A DNA stretch of 41,226 nucleotides from Octopus sinensis (lineage: Eukaryota). Where the stretch lies: NCBI RefSeq assembly GCF_006345805.1, contig NW_021835247.1, positions 1-41,226 of the forward strand, written 5' to 3'. Of this stretch, positions 32,240-41,226 are shown piece by piece; position 1 is the stretch's first letter; each line of letters starts with the position of its first letter. A program made the translations under genes and the position numbers. A model generated the notes under the pieces. That model was not told the DNA's origin, did not search any database, and saw only the letters and a list, made by a program, of their open reading frames with translations.

Positions 32240-32541
32240 TCAGAATGCTTTGCCCCACACAGAAACTACAGCAGCTACTTAGAGGTCTTGCAAGCTCTTC
32301 TCAATCCGTTATAATGTTTTAAACCTTTCCCCCATCATCAGCCGGTACCTCAGAGTCACAAGCATTTCATCCCTTAGCCTGTCTGACTGGAGCAGTGAGG
32401 ACCAAACTAGTCTTCACCAGCAGAAGGTTTCCACTTGCGGTCTCTTATTGACCATAGCCACATCGAGCTGGTTTCAGCTGCGGTGGCCATCCCCTCGGTG
32501 GCTTGCTTCAGTTCTTTGCGTTCGAGACTTATCAGCCGTAA
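32240..32541 (-). mobile_element. HERO/NeSL-type LINE C-terminus plus 3' UTR remnant
   Basis: Minus 32520-32407 encodes RKELKQATEGMATAAETSSMWLWSIRDRKWKPSAGED*, matching the AAExSSxWLW..R...W motif. Confidence 0.65.
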
Positions 32542-32730
32542 TCATTAAACCTACAACTTTTTAAAGTATGTTTGTTGCAAAGTGTGTTTCGCAAAAGACG
32601 GAAGTCTGTAGCAAGTATGTTGCGAGTGAAAGAACCTGTCTAAACGAGAACCAAAAAAGGACAAAGCAATGTCCTCAGAGTGAGTATGTGGTTTGTGGGG
32701 TCAACCCCGTCCTCCACTTCATTTTTTGTA

Positions 32731-33340
32731 AAAAGCGGAAAGTGTAACCTCTCGAAAGAGCTGTTCTTCACTCCTGCCCCAGAGCATCGGCTGTGGGGTC
32801 ACTCCGAAAAGCTCTATCTGCGACGATTTCATCTCAATCGAAGGAGAGGAGCTTTCTCTGTCCGGGTTGCGGATCCGTGGAATAAGCTGCCAAACGAGAT
32901 GGTGAAGATGCCTACGACCGCTCGGTTCAAAGTCTCTCTTGACCAGAAATGGCCTGAACTCTTTGCATGAACACCCTCCCTGTACAGAACTCCATGTCCC
33001 CCTACATGGCCTCACAACATCAAAAGCGGAAAGTGTAACCTCTCAAAAGAACTGTTCTTCACTCCTGCTCCAGAGCGTCGGCTGCAGGGTCACTCCGAAA
33101 AGCTCTATCTGCGACGATTTCATCTCAATTGAAGGAGAGGGCCTTTCTCCGTCCGGGTTGCGGATCCATGAATAAGCTGCCGGACGAGATAGTGAAGATG
33201 CCAACGACCGCTCGGTTCAAAGTCTCTCTTGACCAGAAATGGCCTGAACTCTTTGCATGAACACCCTCCCTGTACAGAACTCCATGTCCCCCTACATGGC
33301 CTTGCTTTTTGCTTTTTGAGCCAAAAAATTAACTTAACTT
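32731..33340 (+). mobile_element. Two tandem CR1-clade LINE 3' ends
   Basis: ...HRLWGHSEKLYLRRFHLNRRRGAFSVRVADPWNKLPNEMVKMPTTARFKVSLDQKW is the CR1 RGH..KL...FS.RV...WN.LP....FK..LD signature; units start at 32731 and 33022. Confidence 0.85.
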
Positions 33341-33364
33341 CTCATTTAATTGCATATATCTTAT

Positions 33365-33775
33365 TATTTTTTTTTTCTTTACTTATTTCAGTCATTTGAC
33401 TGCGGCCATGCTGGAGCACCGCCTTTAGTCGAGCAAATCGACCCCGGGACTTATTCTTTGTAAGCCCAGTACTTATTCTATCGGTCTCTTTTTTTGCCGA
33501 ACCGCTAAGTAACGGGGACGTAAACACACCAGCATCGGTTGTCAAGCAATGCTAGGGGGACAAACAGACACAAACACATACACACACATATATATATATA
33601 TATACATATATACGACAGGCTTCTTTCAGTTTCCGTCTACCAAATCCACTCACAAGGCATTGCTCGGCCCGGGGCTATAGCAGAAGACACTTGCCCAAGA
33701 TGCCACGCAGTGGGACTGAACCCGGAACCATGTGGTTGGTTAGCAAGCTACTTACCACACAGCCACTCCTGCGCC
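33365..33775 (-). mobile_element. SINE-A, full length
   Basis: Complete tail to head. Confidence 0.9.
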
Positions 33776-34194
33776 ATTTATTCATATGTTTCGTCTCATT
33801 TGATCCCCTGATCCCAATGTTTGTTTTATCTGTCCTCGTATCGTCCCCTCTTTTTCTCAGCCTCATGGTTAATAAAGAAATTGACTTTTTAAAGCATAAG
33901 AGCAAAAAAAAAAAAAAAAAAAGAGAAAAAATCCTATACTTAATTCCGTTGCCATGGTATCAAAAAGCCGAGATAAATCTCCCCTGCATCAAGATACTAA
34001 TCTCTCCCATGGAATGTTTCCAGATGATCTCAGGATATCTATTTCTCCGCCAAACGCTATTTCTGTGGTGGCAAATAAATTATTCTTTCCAGAAATTCTA
34101 TTTATGCTTATTTTATTAATTACATCGTATTTATTTATTTATTATTTATTTACAACATTATTTACTATTACTAATTATCATAATTATTATCATT

Positions 34195-34590
34195 AAGGCA
34201 GCGAAGACAATGAGCTGGCAGCCTCGTTAGAACACCAGGCAAATTGCTTAGCGGCATTCCATCTGTCCTTACATTGTGAGTTCAAATTCCACCAAAGTAC
34301 ACTTCACCTTTCATCTTTTCAGGGGTCAAGGTAATATGTACCGGTTGCGTACTGGGATCAATGTAATTGACTGAACCCCTCCCCACAAAATTAGAGCATT
34401 AACACATTGGTCAAAATGCTGACCGGCATCTCTTTCGGATCTTTACTTCCCAAGTTCAAATCCTGCCAAGATCAACTTTGCCTCTTATCCCTCCTCGGTT
34501 AATAAAACAAGTACCAGTCAGGCACTGGGGGCCAATATAACCGACTAGACCCTCCCTGCAAAATTTCAGGCCTTATGCCTACAGGACACA
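34195..34590 (+). mobile_element. Two tandem SINE-B variant copies, diverged
   Basis: gagctggcagcctcgttagaacacc...; the second ends aaatttcaggccttatgcctac. Confidence 0.7.
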
Positions 34591-34619
34591 CACACACACA
34601 TATATATATGTACTAATGC

Positions 34620-34735
34620 ATCTGTTGGACTATCCGTTCCTTCCACCTTTTCCTTCTCTCAGGACTTCTTCCTCTTTCCGATGAAGAGCCATGCCCGAAA
34701 TGTCATTTCCACTCCTATTTTTTCATCTAAATCTT
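34620..34735 (+). mobile_element. Penelope-like terminal repeat fragment, decayed
   Basis: ctcttt-CCGATGA-A-GAGC-cat-GCCC-GAAATGTC at 34672-34704. Confidence 0.45.
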
Positions 34736-34744
34736 TTACTGAGA

Positions 34745-34862
34745 GTCATCATCATCATCATCATCATTGAACGTCTGCTTTCCATGCTGGCATGGGTTGG
34801 ACGGTTCGACCGGGGTCTGGGAAGCCAGGAGGCTGCACCAGGCTCCAGTCTGATCTGGCGAT
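34745..34862 (-). mobile_element. Family C 3' end
   Basis: (atc)n gaacgtctgctttccatgctggcatgggttggacggttcgaccgggg. Confidence 0.8.
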
Positions 34863-34879
34863 ATTCGCTGTGCACATCT

Positions 34880-35235
34880 AATTGATTTTTATGGTTTCTT
34901 CCCAATTATTTTTTATTTTTGATCTGCCTGTATACATACAGACCCTCCCATCATTAGATGACATATGAGGGGTCGGCAATTTCTTGCCAAACAACCACAC
35001 AGATGATTTGCTTATGGTGATCAAACGTTTGTGTACACATAAGCTCAGTTCCGCCATCCAATCAGCATTACCTGTACAGGTGCACCATGTGCCACATGTC
35101 AGATGACGCAACGATCGCAGAGCAACGTGAAATGAAGTGCTTTGCTCAAGAACACAACACAACGCCTGGCCTGGGAATCGAACCCACGATCTCACAATCA
35201 GGAGTGCAACACCCTAACCACTAAGCCATGAGCTT
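34880..35235 (-). mobile_element. SINE-E (tRNA head plus Meta/CORE-like box)
   Basis: Minus strand TGGCTTAGTGGTTAGGG...GGGTTCGATTCCC...gtgttcttgagcaaagcacttc. Confidence 0.7.
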
Positions 35236-35386
35236 ATATTTAATATATCAAGATTTAGTAGTAAAAGGTACTTAAAGGTAAGGCACCAGGTGAGATCAGA
35301 ATAAAATGCGTACACAGCAATTCTAGACAAACACCATCATTGGTACAGAAGAACTGGCAGAATGGTATTCAGGTTACATCATCATC

Positions 35387-35515
35387 ATCATCATCGTTTA
35401 ACGTCCGCTTTCCATGCTAGCATGGGTTGGACGGTGGAGCCTTCTGGCTTCCGGGACCCCAGTTGAACCGTCCAACCCATGCTAGCTTGGAAAGCAGACG
35501 CTAAACGATGATGAT
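35387..35515. repeat. Inverted pair of family C 3' tails
   Basis: 49-bp arms (35387-35435 / 35467-35515), 3 mismatches, 31-nt spacer. Confidence 0.9.
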
Positions 35516-35948
35516 TTCGATTTTAGAAAAAAAATGAAGGAGGTCTCTGACAATTCTGAGGTAATGAACTTATTTTGTGTGTGACTTGTGACCCACACTG
35601 TGTGTGTGTGTGTGTGTGTGCACACAGATAAACGTATGTATATGTATGTGCGTGTGCACACGTGCCCTTCTCTTGACCTCATGGTTGCAAACAAGTGACA
35701 CCATCAAGGGTTAGCAACAGGAAGGGCATCCAGCCGCAAAAAGAACCTGCCCCAACCAAAGTTCCATCTGCCCAATGCAAGCATAGAAAAGTGGATGTTA
35801 AATGAAGATGGCGATGATAAAGACTAAACTAAGCAATAAATCATCCAGTACCTCATTCACTTAGTCACTCCTGCACCTGTAAAGCTAACCATGGCTTCTA
35901 CAAATAAATATGTAAGACAGTATAGGGGTGTGGCCATCTTATACAATA

Positions 35949-36323
35949 TTATGTTCTGAGTTCAAATTCCGCTGAGGTCGACTTTGCCTTTCATCCTTTC
36001 GGGGTCGATTAAATAAGTACCAGTTACGCACTGGAGTCGATGTAATCAACTTAATCCCTTTGTTTGTCCCCTTTATGTTTAGCCCCTTGTGGGTAGTAAA
36101 AACTTAATCCGTTTGTCTGTCCTTGTTTGTCGCCTCTGTGTTTGGCCCCTTATGGGTAGTAAAGAAATAGGTATTTCGTCTTTCGTTGTGATCTGAGTTC
36201 AAATTCCGCCGAGTCAACTTTGCCTTTCACCTTTTCGGGGTCGATTAAATAAGTACCAGTTACGCACTGGGATTGATGTAATCGACTTAATCCGTTTGTC
36301 TGTCCTTGTTTGTCCTCTCTATG
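35949..36323 (+). mobile_element. SINE-B trimer segment, inverted copy of 10305-10679
   Basis: 375 bp with 5 substitutions and identical internal junctions. Confidence 0.92.
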
Positions 36324-36324
36324 A

Positions 36325-36381
36325 TTTTTTTTTTCTGTAGTTACATTCAGACAACTTGAATGTAACTACAGAAAAAAAAAA
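36325..36381. repeat. Perfect 25-bp inverted repeat, 7-nt loop
   Basis: T10-ctgtagttacattca / tgaatgtaactacag-A10. Confidence 0.95.
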
Positions 36382-36580
36382 TCTCAGGCCACACCTAGTT
36401 CAGAGCCTGGGTTAGTCATGATTTAATAGGTATAGGTAACAAAATATATACAGGGTGGCCCAAAAGCAGGTTTAGAGTTATCACGTAAGCACTTTGGATT
36501 TCTTTTAAAACCCTTTATTACATTTAAATTTCTATCTTAGAAACTGAAAAGGGAGCTTGACAAAATTAATTAAATTAAAA

Positions 36581-37027
36581 TAGGCATAGGAGTGGCTGTG
36601 TGGTAAGTAGCTTGCTAACCAACCACATGGTTCCGGGTTCAGTCCCACTTCGTGGCATCTTGGGCAAGTGTCTTCTACTATAGTCTTCGGCCGACCAAAG
36701 CCTTGTGAGTGGATTTGGTAGACGGAAACTGAAAGAAGCTCGTCGTATATATGTATATATATATGTGTGTGCGTGTGTTTGTGTGTCTGTGTTTGTCCCC
36801 CTAGCATTGCTTGACAACCAATGCTGGTGTGTTTACGTCCCCGTTACTTAGCAGTTCGGCAAAAGTGACCGATAGAATAAGTACTGGGCTTACAAAAGAA
36901 TATGTCCCGGGGTTGAGTTGCTCGATTAAAGGCGGTCTCTTTTGCCGAACCGCTAAGTGACGGGGACATAAACACACCAGCATCAGTTGTCAAGCAATGC
37001 TAGGGGGAAAAACACAAACATACACGC

Positions 37028-37068
<41 letters not shown>

Positions 37069-37230
37069 TACGACGGGCTTCTTTCAGTTTCCGTCTACCA
37101 AATACACTCACAAGGCTTTGGTCGGCCCGAGGCTATAGTTGAAGACACTTGCCCAAGATGCCACGCAGTGGGACTGAACCCGGAACCATGTGGTTGGTAA
37201 GCAAGCTACTTACCACACAGCCACTCCTGC
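36581..37230. mobile_element. Tail-to-tail inverted SINE-A pair (plus 36581-36935, minus 36934-37230)
   Basis: Both 3' ends are truncated and fused at ...taaaggcGG|tctcttttgccg. Confidence 0.88.
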
Positions 37231-37389
37231 GACTGTTGGTATAAATGTAGTTGTGAGGTTAGTAACTGAATATATGTGTGCATGCATGCATATACATGCA
37301 CACCCAGCATACACGACACTCGACAGTAACACAGCAAACATCACTACATACCAACATACGATCGGTACATACTAGCTGAACCTTTGAGG

Positions 37390-37442
<53 letters not shown>

Positions 37443-37606
37443 TATGTTACTAATGGTGTCAGGTGCATGAAAAAGAAAAACTGTTTTTAAAAAACTAAAT
37501 AAAAACCAGATTAATTACAAGCAATCTTTATACTTATCAACGAAACGTCGGTGGGTGGAGGTGAACGGCAAAGGTAGAGCAGTGCTTTACTTAAATCATA
37601 CAAATT

Positions 37607-38320
37607 TTAATATCTGATTAATTCAAAGTCCCCTACAGTCCATGCTGCTTTTAGGTAGGGATGGTCACCACAGAATGTATGTGACTACTATGAAATGACA
37701 GCAAAATACCGTGGCTGTGTGGTAAGTAGCTTGCTAACCAGCCACATGGTTCCGGGTTCAGTCCCACTGCGTGGCACCTTGGGCAAGTGTCTTCTACTAT
37801 AGCCTCGGGCCGACCAATGCCTTGTGAGTCGATTTGGTAGATGGAAACTGAAAGAAGCCCATCCCGTGCCGGTGGCACGTAAAATACACCAATCCGACCG
37901 TACGACAGGCACCCATGCCAACCCACTTTGCTTGCGAAGACATGTTGGGGCAAGCGAAATCGAAATCGAATTGAACCAGCCAGGATCCCTGGTCTGGTGG
38001 TACGTAAAAAGCACTATCCGACTCGTGGCCGATGCCAGCGCCGCCTCGACTGGCTTCCATGCCGATGGCACATAAAATACACCAATCCGACCGTGGCTGT
38101 TGCCAGCCTCGCCTGGCACCTGTGCAGGTGGCACGTAAAAACCACCCACTACACTCACGGAGTGGTTGGCGTTAGGAAGGGCATCCAGCTGTAGAAACAT
38201 TGCCAGATAAGACTGGAGCCTGGTGCGGCCTTCTGGCTTCCCAGATCCCCGGTCGAACCGTCCAACCCATGCTAGCATGGAGAACGGACGTTAAACGATG
38301 ATGATGATGATGCATATGTG

Positions 38321-38384
<64 letters not shown>

Positions 38385-38705
38385 TTGTGTGTCTGTGTTT
38401 GTCCTCTAGCATTGCTTGACAACCAATGCTGGTGTGTTTACGTCCCCGTTACTTAGCGGTTCGGCAAAAAGAGACCGATAGAGTAAGTACTGGACTTACA
38501 AAGAATAAGTCCCGGGGTCGATTTGCTCGACTAAAGGCGGTGCTCCAGCATGGCCGCAGTCAAATGACTGAAACAAGTAAAAAAAAGTAAGAGAGTAAAT
38601 GTTAATATCTGGTTAATTCAAAGTCTCCAACAGTCCATGCTGCTTTTAGGTAGGGATGGTCACTACAGAATGTATGTGACTACAACGAAATGACAGTAAA
38701 ATACC
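37607..38705 (+). repeat. 104-bp direct repeat (37607-37710 and 38602-38705)
   Basis: 7 substitutions by manual comparison. Confidence 0.9.
37711..38601 (+). mobile_element. SINE-A with a nested family C element
   Basis: SINE-A head 37711-37860, family C 37861-38312, (TA/TG)n, then the SINE-A 3' half to its tail. Confidence 0.85.
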
Positions 38706-38839
38706 AATATATCATTTCCGAAGGTCAGTCGAGAGATCCTATTGCTGGCAGAGTAAATAGTTAACTAGACACTAGCTGAAAATGTTTATAAACATCGTGC
38801 ATAACCCAGAATATATCTCACCTGGATTGTCACTACACG

Positions 38840-39011
38840 GTTGTGTAGTAAGGTAACTCGTTTTGCAGCCACCAGTAGCTGAAGCAAATGCACGCTTTCA
38901 GGGTTCAGTCCCACTGCATGGTACATTGAGGAAGTGCTTTCTGCTATAACCCCGAGCCAACCAAAATCTTGTGAGACAGTTTGGCAAATGGAAACCATGT
39001 GGAAGTACCCA

Positions 39012-39015
<4 letters not shown>
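38840..39015 (+). mobile_element. Old SINE-A-like head
   Basis: gggttcagtcccactgcatggtacattgaggaagtgctttctgctataacc. Confidence 0.6.
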
Positions 39016-39046
<31 letters not shown>

Positions 39047-39222
39047 TATAATGCCATCTGGGTAATAATTTGTAATGTGTATTTCAAAGCTCCTCTACAT
39101 TCATTGGCTATCATATGGTATCATTATACAGCAGGAATACTCCTTTTACTGGATGTACAAGTGGAAATCTGTTAGTGTATGCAGAATTCATACAATATAT
39201 ATATATATATATATATACATAC

Positions 39223-39337
39223 TTTATTTAAAGCAGCAGAAAATTCAACAAAACCTGTTACTCTGAGTTTCCCGTTGAACGGCAACGGGAAACTCAGAGT
39301 AACAGGTTTTGTAGAATTTTCTGCTGCTTTAAATAAA
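39223..39337. repeat. 55-bp inverted repeat, 5-nt loop
   Basis: 39223-39277 versus 39283-39337, 1 mismatch. Confidence 0.95.
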
Positions 39338-39429
39338 GCATATTACTCTACCACTGGTATTTGAGTACTCTTTTTTCTACCTTGTTCCACATTTATGTGT
39401 TTACTCCGGTATATATATACATATATATA

Positions 39430-40094
39430 TCAGGCATGTACCGTCAGGAATTACTCAGGGTAGGAAGTTGGTGACATTTATGTAGTAAAACACACAAAAA
39501 AATAGGCGAAACACAAGCATGCGACTGAGTTGAAGGCAGATTTGCTTCTGCCTTTATAACGCGTAAAGAAAACGTTGTTGTAGGAGTGTACGCAGCATGT
39601 GTACTACAGCCGTTCTATGCGTAGCTTTAATACTGAAATTGAAAGGCAAGAGCAAACTATGCCTACCTAATCTACAAAAAATATAAAATATTTTGCATTT
39701 TATGCATAGTAATCAGAGTAACCTTCATAATTTTATTGAATTAGGTGCATATTTTGCCTTAAAAGGAAAATGTTACAGAGACTCTGCGGTGCAAGTTGAC
39801 CAAAATTGAGAGTATGATAGAAGGCTTGCTCTTCTTCCGTAGAAGATAAAATTCAAATCAGACCATGTTAACACCAAAAATTCTTTACATCAAAAAGGTG
39901 CTTTTTTTTCTATGAAAATCCCTATTTTTTACAATTTTTTTTACTGCTCTGTCGACATTTTTCAGTGTATTTCAACCAGAAAAATGTTCACTTAAAGAGA
40001 ATAACAAGCTACATAATGCAAAATTTTTACTTTTCAAAAATTCCAATTCTAAAGGGTCGAAACAAACCCGAACAATGCCGGGCGATACTGCTAG
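39430..40094 (+). mobile_element. Non-autonomous Helitron
   Basis: 3' cccg-aacaatgc-cggg hairpin followed by ...atactgCTAG; the 5' A|TC at 39430 is a guess; second copy at 20427-20569. Confidence 0.6.
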
Positions 40095-40099
40095 CATAT

Positions 40100-40133
<34 letters not shown>

Positions 40134-40989
40134 GACGCAGTTATAGCTGTGGTTAATATATATATACTGATAAATATATGATGATGATGATGATTATGAA
40201 AGGAAAAGAAAACTCCAAGAGCATCTGGAAGAGAATGTTTCAACAATGAACTATCCAACAATATCACTTCACATAGCAGATCAAAAAGGGAACAAGGAGG
40301 AGGAGGAATGAGATGGCAGGTGGAGGGGGGTAGGACTCGGGTGGCGGAGGAGGGGAGGGAGCGAGCGACAGCAGGAATTGCAGAAGGATGTTAAACGAAA
40401 GAAAAGGACATGTAACCTTTTAAAAACGATGCAAATAATGGGCTTAAAAAACACACACATATATACATATATATATATAGTGAAACTAGTCGTCCTACCC
40501 CCAGCTTCACACCCCACCCCCCCGGATCCTCTCCACTCCCACCCAGCTGGTTAGAAAAAAATTTCTAAAAAAACAAACAAAATAGCAATATGCGGACGGC
40601 GGCGGTGGTGGTGGAGGATTTTTTTCACTGAAACCATAGTAACATTTGTCTGTAAAAATGTTCGCCCCCACCCCACCCTCGCCGCCCCGCCCTCACGCTT
40701 AGATAGAATGTCGGCTGGTTAGCTTCCTCTCTCTAAAATCATCATCATCAGCATCATCATCGTTATTATCTGGCATACTTCTCTGCCGCGCTCACCCCCG
40801 CCACCGCCTCTTTCTTCCTCTCTCGTCCCACCCACCTCCCTTCCCCTGGCATCTCTATCTATCTCTGTCTCTCTCTCTCTCTCACTGTCTGTCTCTCTTT
40901 TTCTACTTCGTTTTCCACAATCCATGTGATTATTAGATGGAGGTACGGGTGTGGTAGCGAGCGTTATCCCATTTGTGGAGATGAAGGAA

Positions 40990-41111
40990 TACACACACAC
41001 ACACACAGACGTACGTACGTATATATATGTATATATACGCGAATACACATACATGCATAGACACTTACACACATACACACTAATACGTGCAGCCATGTAT
41101 ACACACAGACA

Positions 41112-41152
<41 letters not shown>

Positions 41153-41226
41153 TATATAATAATTTATGTAGCATACAGACATCCGTATATATATACGCGA
41201 ATACACATACATGCATAGGCACTTAC
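40990..41226. repeat. (CA/TA)n microsatellite
   Basis: Directly visible. Confidence 0.9.

Noticed and set aside
32335-32375. Type-II hammerhead (GAAA...CTGATGA, minus strand) in the HERO-like 3' UTR
   Set aside because: I could not build helices I-III around the two motifs.
33930-34130. Minus frame ...IDILRSSGNIPWERLVS*CRGDLSRLFDT resembling an RT DxxKAFD motif
   Set aside because: The similarity is too weak, there is an in-frame stop, and no other RT motifs are nearby.
38822-38878. 57-nt symmetric minus-strand exon candidate (ttcAG|...CAG|GTGAGA)
   Set aside because: It largely overlaps a decayed SINE-A head, and the peptide is not recognisable.

Overview
This is a repeat-saturated eukaryotic window, intronic or intergenic. 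The SINE families and long microsatellites match what I recall from Octopus genomes; that assignment is an inference, not a database result. I can support no host protein-coding gene, and nearly all ORFs in the supplied track come from microsatellites or SINEs read in frame. The content is dozens of tRNA-derived SINE copies (family names SINE-A/B/D/E are my own working labels) and an RTE-tailed retroposon family (family C). There are also decayed 3' remnants of RTE, CR1 and HERO/NeSL-type LINEs, mariner and piggyBac-type MITEs, Helitron/Helentron ends, Penelope-like termini, minisatellites and several fold-back hairpins. I did not find evidence for a new multi-gene system. The most unusual observations are: (1) a ~108-nt 28S rRNA fragment replacing part of a SINE in the same orientation (23329-23436); (2) six decayed minimal type-I hammerhead-ribozyme-like motifs at Penelope-like termini; (3) a 375-bp, 5-mismatch inverted duplication of a SINE trimer 25 kb apart, with a perfect hairpin at one breakpoint; (4) a 104-bp direct repeat flanking a composite SINE; (5) several closely spaced inverted repeats that could form long dsRNA. 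Boundaries of decayed elements are approximate.
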